In this document: in pieces, positions 1 through 10,818 of the stretch
Position numbering within the stretch: the first letter of the stretch is position 1
Layout of the letters: each line of letters begins with the position of its first letter
Source of the DNA: Candidatus Krumholzibacteriia bacterium
Lineage (GTDB): Bacteria > Krumholzibacteriota > Krumholzibacteriia > LZORAL124-64-63
DNA: 64,000 bases
Assembly (NCBI GenBank): GCA_024763215.1
Contig: JANTFX010000004.1
Span: forward strand, 8,961 to 72,960
Direction: 5' to 3'
Notes under the pieces: model-generated
The model's input: the letters and a program-made list of their open reading frames with translations, nothing else
What the model was told of the DNA's origin: nothing
Databases searched by the model: none
Position numbers and translations under genes: made by a program

Positions 1-512
1 ATCTGTATTTCCGCTTGAACGTTTACCCCCTGACCATTCCACCTTTACGGGAGCACAAGGATGACATCGCCCTTCTGGCGCAGCATTTCCTGAGTCAGGA
101 GGAGCGCAAGCTGGGGAAGAAGCCCGGCCCCCTGAAGATCAAGCACATCCGGGAACTGGAGAGCTATCCCTGGCCGGGGAATGTGCGTGAATTGCAGAAC
201 GTGATCGAACGGGCGGTCATCATGGGAGATCCCGGCGAGCTGCATTTCGAACTGGACCATGGGGCGATTCAAACGTCGGGGCAAGGCAAGGACGGGGGCG
301 AATCCTTGCCGGCCGGCGCCGGAGAAATCCTGACCGAGGCCCAGATCCGGCAGCTGGAAAGAGAGAATATCAAGCGGGCCCTGGCCGCCTGCGGGGGGCG
401 GGTTGCCGGACCCAGGGGGGCGGCGGCTGTGCTGGGGATCAAGCCCACGACCCTGGCCTCCCGGATGAAGGTGTTGAACATCGCCAGGCCGGAGCGGAAA
501 GCCCGGGGTTGA
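1..512 (+). CDS. Sigma-54-dependent Fis-family transcriptional activator (FhlA-like), C-terminal part; 5' end outside window
   Basis: Frame open from the window edge (LYFRLNVYPL..IPPLRE). AAA+ motif YPWPGNVRELQNVIERA. C-terminal HTH GRVAGPRGAAAVLGIKPTTLASRM. Confidence 0.9.
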   Translation, partial: LYFRLNVYPLTIPPLREHKDDIALLAQHFLSQEERKLGKKPGPLKIKHIRELESYPWPGNVRELQNVIERAVIMGDPGELHFELDHGAIQTSGQGKDGGESLPAGAGEILTEAQIRQLERENIKRALAACGGRVAGPRGAAAVLGIKPTTLASRMKVLNIARPERKARG

Positions 513-629
513 GCCGGGGCGGCACACGGACGCAGGTGGACCAGCGCACAGGCAGTTGTCAAATCCCCCGCTATCCCCCATATTCCAGCCTCGAATCAGC
601 CCTGTTTTTTTCGACCCGAGGTGTCTTTC

Positions 630-3047
630 ATGGCCTACGACCCTTCAATAATCGAACCGCGCTGGCAGCGGTACTGGGACGAGCACAAGACCTTCGCAGC
701 CTCCGACGACGGCGATAAGCCCAAGTACTACGTGCTGGACATGTTCCCCTACCCCTCGGGCAACGGCCTGCACGTGGGGCACCCCGAAGGCTACACCGCC
801 ACCGACATCATGGCGCGCTACAAGCGCATGACCGGCCACAACGTGCTGCATCCCATGGGCTGGGACAGCTTCGGGCTGCCGGCGGAGAACCACGCCATCA
901 AGACCGGGACGCACCCGCGCGAGACCACGCTGAAGAACATCGCCAACTTCAAGCGTCAGCTCCAGATGCTGGGGTTCAGCTTCGACTGGGACCGCGAGGT
1001 CGCCACCAGCGAGCCCGACTACTACCGCTGGACCCAGTGGATCTTCACCCTGCTGTACCAGCAGGGCCTGGCCTACGAGGGCGAGATGGCCGTCAACTGG
1101 TGCCCCGCCCTGGGCACGGTGCTGGCCAACGAGGAGGTCAAGGACGGGCTGAGCGAGGTGGGCGGCCACCCGGTGGTCCGCAAGCCCATGAAGCAGTGGA
1201 TGCTCAGGATCACCGCCTACGCCGAGCGCCTGCTGGAGGACCTGGACGAGCTGGACTGGCCCGAGTACATCAAGGATCTGCAGCGTAACTGGATCGGCCG
1301 CAGCGAGGGCGCCGAGGTGGATTTTCCGGTCCAGGGCAGCGAGTGCAAGCTGCGCATCTTCACCACGCGGCCCGACACCATGTTCGGGGCCACGTACATG
1401 GTGCTCAGCCCCGAGCATCCCTGGGTCGAGGAGCTGACCACCGCTGAGCAGAGCGAGGCGGTGAAGGCCTACCAGGCCGAGGCCGCGGCCAAGAGCGACC
1501 GTGACCGGCAGATCAGCAAGGAGAAGACCGGCGTTTTCACCGGCAGCTACGCCCTCAATCCGGCCACCGACCAGGCCATCCCCATCTGGATCGCCGACTA
1601 CGTGATGATGGGCTACGGTACAGGCGCCATCATGGCCGTGCCCGGCCAGGACGAGCGCGACTGGGAGTTCGCCGAGAAGTTCGACCTGCCGATCCTGCGC
1701 ACGGTGCAGCCCCCGGCCGATTTCGACGGCCAGGCCTACACCGGCGACGGCCCGGCCATCAACAGCGGCTTCCTGGACGGCCTGCACGTGGCCGAGGCCA
1801 AGGAGAAGATGACCGCCTGGCTCGAGGAGAAGGGTCTGGGCACCCGCAAGATCAACTACAAGCTGCGCGACTGGCTGTTCAGCCGCCAGCGCTACTGGGG
1901 CGAGCCGTTTCCGCTGCTGAAGTTCGACGACGGTTCCATCCGCGTCATGGAACCGGACGAGCTGCCCCTGCTGCTGCCCGAGGTCGACAAGTACGAGCCG
2001 GCCGGCACGGGCGAGGGGCCCCTGGCCACCGTCACCGAGTGGGTCGAGGTCACCGATCCGGTCACCGGCAGGAAGGCCCGCCGCGAGACCAATACCATGC
2101 CCCAGTGGGCGGGCAGCTGCTGGTACTATCTGCGCTTCATCGACCCCCGCAACAGCGAGCGGGCCTGGGACCCCGAGAAGGAAAAGTACTGGATGCCCGT
2201 GGACCTGTACCTGGGCGGCACCGAGCACGCGGTGCTGCACCTGCTGTACGCCCGCTTCTGGCACAAGGTGCTGTTCGACCTGGGCCTGGTGTCCACCAAG
2301 GAGCCGTTCAAGAAGCTGCGCAACCAGGGCATGATCCTGGGTGAGAACGGCGAGAAGATGAGCAAGAGCCGCGGCAACGTCGTCAACCCCGACGATGTGA
2401 TCGCCCAGCAGGGCGCCGACGCGCTGCGCCTGTACCTGATGTTCCTGGGCCCGCTGGAGCGGGACAAGCCCTGGAACACCAAGGGCATCGAGGGCGTGCG
2501 CCGCTTCCTGGAGCGCACCTGGCGCCTGTACTGCGACGAGGAGGACAACCTTTCGCCGCAGGTTCAGGACGTCGAGCCGGACCAGGAGCTGCTGCGCCTG
2601 CTGCACAAGACGATCCACGCCGTGACCACCATGACCGAGGACCTGCGCTTCAACACCGCCATCAGCCAGATGATGGTCTTCGTCAACGAGGCGACCAGCC
2701 GCCAGGTGCGCCCGCGCACCGTCCTGGAGCCCTTCGTGCTGCTGCTGGCGCCCTACGCGCCGCACCTGGCCGAGGAGCTGTGGGGCAAGCTGGGCCACGG
2801 CGAAACCCTGACCTACGAACCCTGGCCGCAGTACGACGAGCAATACCTGGTCGAGGACACGGTTACCGTCGTGGTCCAGGTCAACGGCAAGGTGCGCGAC
2901 CAACTCGAGGTGGCCGTCGATGCCGACCCCGAACAGGTCAAGGCCGCGGCCCTGGCCTCGACCAAGATCCGCAAGTGGACCGACGGCAAGCACATCGTCA
3001 AGACCATCTACGTGCCGGGCAAGCTGGTCAGCGTGGTGGTGAAATAG
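630..3047 (+). CDS. leuS: Leucine--tRNA ligase
   Basis: MFPYPSG.GLHVGH (HIGH motif), KMSKS, editing-domain [14 protein letters not shown] at 630 follows a GAGG RBS. Confidence 0.98.
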   Translation: MAYDPSIIEPRWQRYWDEHKTFAASDDGDKPKYYVLDMFPYPSGNGLHVGHPEGYTATDIMARYKRMTGHNVLHPMGWDSFGLPAENHAIKTGTHPRETTLKNIANFKRQLQMLGFSFDWDREVATSEPDYYRWTQWIFTLLYQQGLAYEGEMAVNWCPALGTVLANEEVKDGLSEVGGHPVVRKPMKQWMLRITAYAERLLEDLDELDWPEYIKDLQRNWIGRSEGAEVDFPVQGSECKLRIFTTRPDTMFGATYMVLSPEHPWVEELTTAEQSEAVKAYQAEAAAKSDRDRQISKEKTGVFTGSYALNPATDQAIPIWIADYVMMGYGTGAIMAVPGQDERDWEFAEKFDLPILRTVQPPADFDGQAYTGDGPAINSGFLDGLHVAEAKEKMTAWLEEKGLGTRKINYKLRDWLFSRQRYWGEPFPLLKFDDGSIRVMEPDELPLLLPEVDKYEPAGTGEGPLATVTEWVEVTDPVTGRKARRETNTMPQWAGSCWYYLRFIDPRNSERAWDPEKEKYWMPVDLYLGGTEHAVLHLLYARFWHKVLFDLGLVSTKEPFKKLRNQGMILGENGEKMSKSRGNVVNPDDVIAQQGADALRLYLMFLGPLERDKPWNTKGIEGVRRFLERTWRLYCDEEDNLSPQVQDVEPDQELLRLLHKTIHAVTTMTEDLRFNTAISQMMVFVNEATSRQVRPRTVLEPFVLLLAPYAPHLAEELWGKLGHGETLTYEPWPQYDEQYLVEDTVTVVVQVNGKVRDQLEVAVDADPEQVKAAALASTKIRKWTDGKHIVKTIYVPGKLVSVVVK

Positions 3048-3200
3048 GCGGTGCCGTCCCCTTTCGTGCGAACGGTCGAGCGATCCGGCATGAATGTGGT
3101 AGATTGTTATTTCAATTCGTGTGACAACCCGACTTTTTCCAGATACCGCCGCGACCGAAAACGAGACGGCAGACGGCAGGTGAAAGGTCTTTGATTCCCC

Positions 3201-4445
3201 ATGCGAACCCTCAGATTTTCTCCGGTCGACAAGGTGCTGAAGCCGCTTCAGGAGTTCCTCCACATGGAAGCGGCCGGTGGGCTGTTGCTGATGATGGTGA
3301 CCGTCTTGGCACTGGCCGTCGCCAATTCACCTCTGGCGACCCATTACCGAGCGTTTCTGGAACTCCCCCTCGAGGTCAGGGCCGGCAGCTTTGAAATCGC
3401 CAAACCCCTGCTGCTGTGGATCAACGACGGCCTGATGGCCGTGTTCTTCTTCCTGGTCGGCATGGAGCTGAAGCGCGAGGTCATCGAGGGGCACCTATCG
3501 AGCCCACGGCAGGCTAGCCTGCCTGCATTCGCCGCCCTGGGCGGGATGCTGGCCCCCGCGGTTCTCTATGTGGTCTTCAACCGGGGGGATTCCGTCGCCC
3601 TGGGAGGGTGGGCCATCCCGACGGCGACAGACATCGCCTTTGCCCTGGGCGTGCTCTCGTTGCTCGGAAAGCGTGTTCCGACGCCGCTGAAAGCCTTCCT
3701 GCTGAGCGTTGCCATCTTCGACGACCTCGGCGCGATCATCGTGATCGCCCTGTTCTACACGGCCAAGCTGTCGGTCATCTCCCTGGTGGTTGCCGCGGTT
3801 CTCGTCCTGGGCCTTGCCGCCCTGAACCGGAGCGGCGTGACGCGGCCCGCAGCCTATTTCCTCCTGGGCGTGCCCTTGTGGGTTGCGGTGTTGAAGTCGG
3901 GCGTACACGCCACCTTGGCCGGGGTCGTGCTGGCGATGTTCATCCCGCTGAGGGTTGGGAAGGACGCTGCCGCGGCGTCCCCTCCGAAATCGCCATTGCG
4001 GCACCTTGAACACGCGCTGCATCCGTGGGTGGCTTTCGGCGTGCTGCCCGTCTTCGCCTTTGCGAACGCGGGCGTGCCGCTCGGCGGTCTTTCCCTGACC
4101 GATGTGCTTCACCCTGTTCCGTTGGGCATCATCGCCGGGCTCTTTTTCGGCAAGCAGATCGGGATCCTGTTGATGTCCTGGATTGCCGTGCGGCTGGGAA
4201 TCGCCTCACGCCCCGAAGGGGTCGGCTGGGGGCAGCTCTATGGCACGGCGGTGTTGTGCGGCATCGGCTTCACGATGAGCCTTTTCATCGCCTCCTTGGC
4301 ATTCGAGGAGGGCAGCGCCGCTTTCCTGGGGCTGGAGCGGCTCGGTATTCTGATCGGCTCCCTGGTTTCCGGGTGGCTGGGCTATGCGGTGCTGCGCGTT
4401 TCCTTGAACCGCCGCAGTGCCGCGGGCGATGCGTCCGAGGTGTGA
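3201..4445 (+). CDS. nhaA: Na+/H+ antiporter NhaA
   Basis: WINDGLMAVFFFLVGMELKRE, GWAIPTATDIAF, AIFDDLGAI, SGVHATLAGV, GIGFTMSLFI. Confidence 0.97.
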   Translation: MRTLRFSPVDKVLKPLQEFLHMEAAGGLLLMMVTVLALAVANSPLATHYRAFLELPLEVRAGSFEIAKPLLLWINDGLMAVFFFLVGMELKREVIEGHLSSPRQASLPAFAALGGMLAPAVLYVVFNRGDSVALGGWAIPTATDIAFALGVLSLLGKRVPTPLKAFLLSVAIFDDLGAIIVIALFYTAKLSVISLVVAAVLVLGLAALNRSGVTRPAAYFLLGVPLWVAVLKSGVHATLAGVVLAMFIPLRVGKDAAAASPPKSPLRHLEHALHPWVAFGVLPVFAFANAGVPLGGLSLTDVLHPVPLGIIAGLFFGKQIGILLMSWIAVRLGIASRPEGVGWGQLYGTAVLCGIGFTMSLFIASLAFEEGSAAFLGLERLGILIGSLVSGWLGYAVLRVSLNRRSAAGDASEV

Positions 4446-4515
4446 CCTGAGGGCGGAGGGGAATAGCACCGGCCTCCCGGTGAGCTGAAGCACCGTGAAG
4501 GCCTTTTGCCGCCGA

Positions 4516-5454
4516 TCAATCCAGATGCATGCGCAACAGGCGCTTGACCTTCATCTTCAGGTGGTAACGGGGATTGCGTCGCCAGCGCAGCAGCCCCTGC
4601 AGGTGCTTCAGCTCCTTGCGGGCCTCGGCCATGCCGCGGGCCCGGCAGGCGTCTCCGGCGCCGAAGTCGGCCCAGTGGAACTCGGTGACCTTGGGCCGGA
4701 TCACGAAATCGGCCTCTGCGCAGACGAACCTGTTGAGCCGCTGGCGGGCGATGGTGTTGCTGCGCAGGATCATGTCCAGGCCGGTGTTGAAGGTGCTTTC
4801 CTCGAAGGCCGGAATGTCGACGGCGATGACGAAATCCGCTCCCAGTTCCCGGCACGTTTCCACCGGCACCCGGAAAGGCCCGCCGCCGTCCACGATGATC
4901 ATCCCGTCCCGGCGCACCGGGGGGAAGACCGCGGGGATGGCGCAGCTGGCGTAAAGCCCTTCGACCAGCGATCCGGAAGTGGCCACCACGGAATTTCCCG
5001 AGACCAGGTCGAGCGCCACCGCGGCCATGGGGATGGGCAGGTCCTCGAAGCGCAGGGGGCCGAAGGCCGCGCTCAGGGGGTTCAATAGTTTTTCGCGCTC
5101 CTGGATCCAGGGGCGGGTCACGGTCTTGACGGCGATCATCTTGCGCTGCATGAAATCGAAGATCCCCGACAGGCGTTCCTGGGTCGACTGGGAGTCCGGT
5201 TCTTCCTTGGGCACGAACGGCGCCCAGTAGTCGGCGAAATCCTTGTTGCTGACGTAGATCTTCAGCTTGTCCCATATCCAGTCGGGGTCCGGGCTCTGGG
5301 CGTACAGGGCGCCCACGATGGAGCCCATGCTCGTGCCGGCGACGATGTCGGCGCGGATGCCCGCCTCCTCCAGGACCTGCAGGACACCAGCGTGGGCCAG
5401 GCCGCGCGCGCCGCCGCTGCCCAGGGCGATCCCGATTTTCGGTTTCTTGGCCAT
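4516..5454 (-). CDS. Patatin-like phospholipase (NTE/RssA family)
   Basis: GSGGARG oxyanion loop, GTSMG nucleophile elbow, DGG motif. Start placed at MAKKPK (5454) rather than the ORF-track start. Confidence 0.9.
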   Translation of the reverse strand: MAKKPKIGIALGSGGARGLAHAGVLQVLEEAGIRADIVAGTSMGSIVGALYAQSPDPDWIWDKLKIYVSNKDFADYWAPFVPKEEPDSQSTQERLSGIFDFMQRKMIAVKTVTRPWIQEREKLLNPLSAAFGPLRFEDLPIPMAAVALDLVSGNSVVATSGSLVEGLYASCAIPAVFPPVRRDGMIIVDGGGPFRVPVETCRELGADFVIAVDIPAFEESTFNTGLDMILRSNTIARQRLNRFVCAEADFVIRPKVTEFHWADFGAGDACRARGMAEARKELKHLQGLLRWRRNPRYHLKMKVKRLLRMHLD

Positions 5455-5611
5455 GGACTTCCCTGTCGTGTTGGGGGTCAGATTTTCAGCGAAGATAACA
5501 AAGACCCGGGTGGGGACCAACGAGTCTTTGACCAAAATGCGGTCTCCGGCTAGCCTAGCAGCGGCCAAGATGCCTCCGGTTCCGGATCTTCAGCAGGAAA
5601 GGAATTGCTCC

Positions 5612-6589
5612 GTGGCCCGAATCACCATGAATCTGGATCCCGACTCCCCCTTCATGCTCGAGCGTATGCTGCGCCTGTGGCGGCTGGGCATGGAGGACGA
5701 GGAAGCGTTCGCTTCCGAGGAGGAGTTCCGCAGCGGTCTGGAAGACCATGACCATGAGGATCTTTCACAGCGCTACGCGCATATGATCCAGGACAAGCCC
5801 CGCGAGCTGGCCCAGGAACTGGCGTACCAGGCCTACGAATCCACCCTGGCCGACCGGGCCCTGGAACTGGCGGGCAAGGCCCTGGAGCTGGACCCCGACT
5901 GTGTGGACGCGCTGACCCTGCAGGCGTTTCTGACGGCCGAGGACGTGGGGGAGCTGATCCCCCGGCTGGAACACGCCGCCACCTGCGGCGAGAAGGCCCT
6001 GGGCGAGGAATTCTTCGCCGAGTTCATGGGGGATTTCTGGCCCATGGTCGAGGCCCGGCCCTACATGCGCTGCCTCAAGCACCTGGCCGAGGTGCTGTGG
6101 AACGTGGGGCGCCGTTTCGATGCCGTGGCGCAATACGAGAACCTCATGGACCTCGATCCGGCGGACCACATGGGCAACGGGGCGCTGCTGCTGGGGAACT
6201 ACCTGGCCATGGGCGAGGTGCAGCGGTCGTGGGACCTGCTGGAGGAGATCGATGACGAGGCCGGGGCGGTCTACAACTGGGCGTGGGTTCTGCTGTCCCT
6301 GCTGGTGGACGACCAGGAGGGTGCGCGGCAGGCCCTGGATCATGCCCTGGACATGAACCCCTACGTCGCGCCGTTGCTGATCGGTCTGGGCGGGGAGGTG
6401 GAAATGGATCTGCCGCCCACCCTGATCACCGGGAGCCGGGAAGAGGCCCACTATTGCATCCAGGTGCTGGGGCAGGCCTGGGCCGGGCACATGGACGCCC
6501 ACTGGTGGCTGCTGGATGTCCTGCGGGAAATGGGCCTGGTGACCGAGGACGACGCGCCCATGCCCGATGACCCCCCGTCGGTCAACTGA
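5612..6589 (+). CDS. Acidic TPR-like helical repeat protein, function unknown
   Basis: TPR-like segments (ALELAGKALELDPDCVDA; ARQALDHALDMNPYV) and an FW.MVEARPYMR segment. GTG start after AGGAAAGGA; ATG 5627 is an alternative. Confidence 0.7.
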   Translation: MARITMNLDPDSPFMLERMLRLWRLGMEDEEAFASEEEFRSGLEDHDHEDLSQRYAHMIQDKPRELAQELAYQAYESTLADRALELAGKALELDPDCVDALTLQAFLTAEDVGELIPRLEHAATCGEKALGEEFFAEFMGDFWPMVEARPYMRCLKHLAEVLWNVGRRFDAVAQYENLMDLDPADHMGNGALLLGNYLAMGEVQRSWDLLEEIDDEAGAVYNWAWVLLSLLVDDQEGARQALDHALDMNPYVAPLLIGLGGEVEMDLPPTLITGSREEAHYCIQVLGQAWAGHMDAHWWLLDVLREMGLVTEDDAPMPDDPPSVN

Positions 6590-6607
6590 ATGGCCACGGG
6601 CCCCTTG

Positions 6608-6636
6608 TTTAATTGTTCCGGAATTTATGGTATAAT
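6608..6636 (+). promoter_or_regulatory. Putative sigma-70 promoter (extended -10) for the S8 peptidase
   Basis: TGGTATAAT at 6628-6636 in an AT-rich intergenic patch. It implies the real start lies downstream of the ORF-track start 6613. Confidence 0.5.
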
Positions 6637-6702
6637 GCATGTGTGAGCTTGAAACCGCCGGTGCTCCGTCGCCGGCTCCGACCACATGCCGGAGAAGTGG
6701 AA

Positions 6703-9225
6703 TTGCGCCCCTTGATATCGCCCACCGCAAGGATCCAACCTGGTTTTATGCTGCTGGCCCTGGGGCTGGCCGCCGTGCTGGTGGCCGCGGTTCCTGCTCC
6801 CGGGTTCGGGGATACCCCTGATGGTCCGGTCTCGCCCTTGTTGCAAAGGGCGCTGGAGCATCCCTCGGACCTGGGCCTGGGCCGGGACGAGCCCCTGACG
6901 GTATGGGTCTTCTTCAAGGACAAGGGCGTAGCGGGCAAGGATCTGGGCCGGGCCCTGCAGGCGGCGAAAAGCCGCTTGAGCCCCCGGACCATCGCGCGCA
7001 GAGCCAGGAGCGCCGGTCCCGGCCGGCCGGTCGTGGACGCACAGGATCTGCCGGTTGCCGCAGCCTACCTGCGGTCGATCACGGATCTGGGCGCCCGGTT
7101 GCGCCATACCAGCCGCTGGCTCAACGCCGCCAGTTTCTCTGTGGATCCTGCCCTGGTGCCGCGCCTGGCCGCCTTGCCCCATGTCAAGCGTCTGGACCTG
7201 GTGCACCGGTTCCGGCATCCGGCCCCCCCGGAACTCGAACCAGTATCGCCACCGGAAACCGGCGGCGCCCCCAAGGCGGCCCAGTGGACCCTGGACTACG
7301 GTCTGAACCGCGGCGCCCTGGAACAGATCGACGTGCCGCCTGTGCACGAGATGGGTGTGACCGGCCGCGGCGTCGTGGTCGGCATGCTGGATACCGGTTT
7401 CCGGACCACCCACGAGTCCCTGGCCGGGGTGCCGGTGCTGGGCGCGTTCGATTTCGTGGACAACGACTCCATCGTGGATCTGCAGGATGGCGACCTCTCG
7501 TCGGTGATCACCCACGGCACCATGACCCTGTCCACGGTGGCCGGGTACATGCCGGGCCAGCTGGTGGGCCCCGCGTTCGGGGTCTCGGTCCTGCTGGCCA
7601 GGACCGAGGACGTCTCGCAGGAGGTGCCCGCCGAGGAGGACCACTGGGTGGCGGGCCTGGAATGGGAAGAGGCCCAGGGCGCGGACATCATCTCCTCCTC
7701 CCTGGGCTACATCGACTGGTACACTTACGAGGACCTGGACGGCAACACCGCCGTGACCACCGTTGCCGCGGATCTGGCCGTGGGCCGCGGCCTGGTGGTG
7801 GTCAACTCGGCGGGCAACTCGCGGGCCAGCCTGGGTTACCTCATCGCCCCGGCCGACGGGGACAGCGTGATCACCGTGGGTGCGGTCGACCAGGACGGGA
7901 TCCATACCAGCTTCTCCTCGCCCGGCCCCACCGCCGACGGCCGCATCAAGCCCGACGTGATGGCCCTGGGTTTGAACAATCCGGTGGCCAACCCCACCGA
8001 CGATCATGCCTACCTCAGCGCTTCGGGCACCTCGTTCAGCTGCCCTCTGACCGCGGGGGTGGTGGCGTTGATGCTCTCGCGGGTGCCCTCGTTGACGCCC
8101 ATGCAGATCCTCGAGGCCCTGCACGCGACGGCCGACAATGCGGCGACTCCGGACAACGACTACGGCTGGGGCATCGTGGACGCTCTGGCCGCGGTGACGT
8201 ACTTCGGCCCGGTGTTCCAGGTGTCGCCCCAGGGTGACACCGAAGACGCCGCCGGTCCCTATCCGGTGACGGCCGTGATCACCGACCGGGTGGGCGTGGA
8301 TCCTGCGAGCGTCATGCTGAACTACCGTGTCAACGGCGGTAGCTGGTCGGCCCTGGGCATGCCCCCGACCGGCAACGCGGATGAATACGCCGCGGAGATC
8401 CCCGGGCAGCCCCTGGGCTCCACCGTCGAGTACTACGTGCAGGCCACCGGCACCAACGGGTTCGTCACGACCTGGCCGGTGTACGGTGAGGACGATCCTG
8501 CCGTATTCCAGGTCACCTCCATCGTGCAGCTGCAGGTGGCCGCGACCCCCGATCTGGTCATCCCCATGGACGATCCCGCCGGCATCGCCAGCGTGATCCA
8601 GGTCTCGGGCGCCCAGTCGGGCAGCATCGTGGATGTGAGCGTGGACGTGGGGATTTCGCACCCGGATATCGGTGAGCTGACGGTGCTGCTGACCAGCCCT
8701 GCGGGCACGACCGTGACCCTGCACCTGCAGAGCGGGTCCGGGACGGCCGATCTGGTGGGGAATTACCCCCAGAGCCTGGCCGTGGACGGTCCGGGCAGCC
8801 TGGCATGGTTCCACGACGAGGGCAGCACCGGGCCCTGGACCCTGACCGCCATCGACGCCTTGCCCGGCAACAACGGGGTGATCGACAGCTGGGGTCTGAA
8901 TTTCACCCTCAAGGATTTCGTCTCCGCGGGGGGGCATCTCCCGGTTTCCGCTGCCGTGCTGTTCCCCAACAGCCCCAACCCCTTCAACCCGAGCACCCGC
9001 ATCGCCTTCGAACTTGCCGTTGCGGGCCGGACGCAGCTTTCCATTTTCGATCTGCGTGGTATGGTTGTGCGCAGATTGCTGGGCGGCGTGCTGGACGCGG
9101 GCAGGCACAGCGTGACCTGGGACGGCCGCAACGATTCCGGCCGCCAGGCGGGCAGCGGCGTCTACCTCTACCGGCTGGTCACCCCCACGGAGACGCTGGA
9201 ACGCAAGATGCTCCTGGTCCGCTGA
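6703..9225 (+). CDS. Secreted S8 serine peptidase with proprotein-convertase P-domain and FlgD-Ig-type C-terminal domain
   Basis: Catalytic motifs LDTG, HGT and SGTSFSCP; hydrophobic signal peptide; P-domain (VSVDVGISHPDIGELTVLLTSPAG); CTD PNPFNPST..WDGRNDSG..SGVYLYRL. Start uncertain (6703 TTG or 6748 ATG). Confidence 0.9.
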   Translation: MRPLISPTARIQPGFMLLALGLAAVLVAAVPAPGFGDTPDGPVSPLLQRALEHPSDLGLGRDEPLTVWVFFKDKGVAGKDLGRALQAAKSRLSPRTIARRARSAGPGRPVVDAQDLPVAAAYLRSITDLGARLRHTSRWLNAASFSVDPALVPRLAALPHVKRLDLVHRFRHPAPPELEPVSPPETGGAPKAAQWTLDYGLNRGALEQIDVPPVHEMGVTGRGVVVGMLDTGFRTTHESLAGVPVLGAFDFVDNDSIVDLQDGDLSSVITHGTMTLSTVAGYMPGQLVGPAFGVSVLLARTEDVSQEVPAEEDHWVAGLEWEEAQGADIISSSLGYIDWYTYEDLDGNTAVTTVAADLAVGRGLVVVNSAGNSRASLGYLIAPADGDSVITVGAVDQDGIHTSFSSPGPTADGRIKPDVMALGLNNPVANPTDDHAYLSASGTSFSCPLTAGVVALMLSRVPSLTPMQILEALHATADNAATPDNDYGWGIVDALAAVTYFGPVFQVSPQGDTEDAAGPYPVTAVITDRVGVDPASVMLNYRVNGGSWSALGMPPTGNADEYAAEIPGQPLGSTVEYYVQATGTNGFVTTWPVYGEDDPAVFQVTSIVQLQVAATPDLVIPMDDPAGIASVIQVSGAQSGSIVDVSVDVGISHPDIGELTVLLTSPAGTTVTLHLQSGSGTADLVGNYPQSLAVDGPGSLAWFHDEGSTGPWTLTAIDALPGNNGVIDSWGLNFTLKDFVSAGGHLPVSAAVLFPNSPNPFNPSTRIAFELAVAGRTQLSIFDLRGMVVRRLLGGVLDAGRHSVTWDGRNDSGRQAGSGVYLYRLVTPTETLERKMLLVR

Positions 9226-9278
9226 TCCGGCCGCCCGGCCCCGAAAATTGACCTCCATACCCAGGGGATGATGCCCGC

Positions 9279-10817
9279 ATGGCGAAGTCCACCACCAGGT
9301 TTTTCTGCACCGAGTGCGGCCACGAGGAACTGCGCTGGCTGGGTAAATGCCCCGGCTGCGGGCAGTGGAACACCTTCAAGGAAATGAAGATCACCCCCGA
9401 GGGTGGCAAGAAGGGCGCGCGCGGTTTCGCCTCAGGTGCTGCCGGCGGTCCCGGCCGCCGCTCCGCCCCGGGTTTCGCGGGTCCCGGGCCGCAGGGCCCC
9501 TTGCAGGCGGTGCCCCTGGCCCGGGTCGGTTCGGCCGAGCACGAACGTCTGCCGGTCGAACCGGCGGAGGTGGCCCGGGTGATGGGTGGGGGCCTGGTGA
9601 CCGGTTCGGTCGTGCTGCTGGGGGGCGAGCCCGGCGTGGGGAAATCCACCCTGCTGACGGGCCTGGCCCTGTGGTGGGCCCGCCAGGGGGTGCGGGTGCT
9701 GTACGTGGCCGGCGAGGAAGCGCCCGCCCAGATCCGCATGCGCGCCGAGCGGCTGGGATTCGCGCCCGACAAGGAGGAGGGGTTCGCCATCCTGCCCGAG
9801 GTCCATCTGGAATCCCTGGTGGACACCCTGGCCCGGGAGGTCGCCGACCAGGTACGTCAACCCGAGGTGACGTCCACCGAGGGTGACGGGAGCGATCCGC
9901 AGCCCCGGCAGGCCTGCATCGCCATCGTGGATTCGATCCAGACCCTGCACAGCGAACACATCGACGCCTTTCCGGGCAGCCCCACCCAGATCAAGTATTG
10001 TGGCGGGGTCATGGCGGATTTCGCCCGGCGCAGCGGCTGCCCGGTGTTCCTGGTGGGGCATGTGACCAAGACGGGCGATCTGGCCGGCCCCAAGCTGCTC
10101 GAACACATGGTCGATACGGTGCTGTACTTCGAGGGCAGCGACGGCGGCCCCATCCGCATGGTGCGCGCGGTCAAGAATCGCTTCGGCAATACGGGGGAAC
10201 TGGCGGTGCTGGAGATGAGGGCCGACGGCCTGGTGCCGGTGGACCAGGCCGGGGTGCTGTTCCTCAGCGCACGGCGGGGCAGCGAACCGGGCGCGGCGGT
10301 GTGTGCGGTCCGCAACGGTTCCCGCACCTTCCTGGTGGAGATCCAGGCCCTGGTTTCGGCCTCGCGCTACGGCACGCCCCAGCGGGTGGTCCAGGGCGTG
10401 GACAGCAAGCGGGTGGCCCTGCTGGCGGCCATCCTGGAAAAGCGCGCGGGTCTGGACCTGGCCGGGTGCGACATCTTCGTCAAGGTGGCCGGAGGCGGGC
10501 GCATCGACGATCCCGGCGCCGATCTGGCCATCATGGCGGCGTTGGCCTCGTCCCTGCGTGAGCGGCCGGTGCCCCAAAGCACCCTGGTGCTGGGCGAGGT
10601 GGGGCTGACCGGGGAGGTGCGCCGGGTCACGGATCTGGACGCCCGCCTGCTGGAGGCCGGGCGGCATGGTTTCGCGCGGGTGGTCATGGCCCCGCCGGCG
10701 CACCGGGGCAAGCGGGCCGGGGGCAAGGCCCTGGAAATCGCCGCCTGTTCCAGCGTGGAAGAGGGGATCGCCATGGCCCTGGAGCCGGCCGCGGGACGGG
10801 CCCGGGGAGGCAACTGA
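9279..10817 (+). CDS. radA: DNA repair protein RadA/Sms
   Basis: C4 zinc finger CTECG..WLGKCPGCGQWNT, Walker A GGEPGVGKST, KNRFG motif. Confidence 0.96.
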   Translation: MAKSTTRFFCTECGHEELRWLGKCPGCGQWNTFKEMKITPEGGKKGARGFASGAAGGPGRRSAPGFAGPGPQGPLQAVPLARVGSAEHERLPVEPAEVARVMGGGLVTGSVVLLGGEPGVGKSTLLTGLALWWARQGVRVLYVAGEEAPAQIRMRAERLGFAPDKEEGFAILPEVHLESLVDTLAREVADQVRQPEVTSTEGDGSDPQPRQACIAIVDSIQTLHSEHIDAFPGSPTQIKYCGGVMADFARRSGCPVFLVGHVTKTGDLAGPKLLEHMVDTVLYFEGSDGGPIRMVRAVKNRFGNTGELAVLEMRADGLVPVDQAGVLFLSARRGSEPGAAVCAVRNGSRTFLVEIQALVSASRYGTPQRVVQGVDSKRVALLAAILEKRAGLDLAGCDIFVKVAGGGRIDDPGADLAIMAALASSLRERPVPQSTLVLGEVGLTGEVRRVTDLDARLLEAGRHGFARVVMAPPAHRGKRAGGKALEIAACSSVEEGIAMALEPAAGRARGGN

Positions 10818-10818
10818 C

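Noticed and set aside
513-629. T-box or other leader upstream of leuS (and tyrS)
   Set aside because: The leader is too short and lacks a T-box motif; tyrS overlaps aroC.
645-3263. 872-aa antisense ORF over leuS (likewise 6625..9258, 27334..29316, 53793..57035)
   Set aside because: Antisense or off-frame shadows of confident genes.
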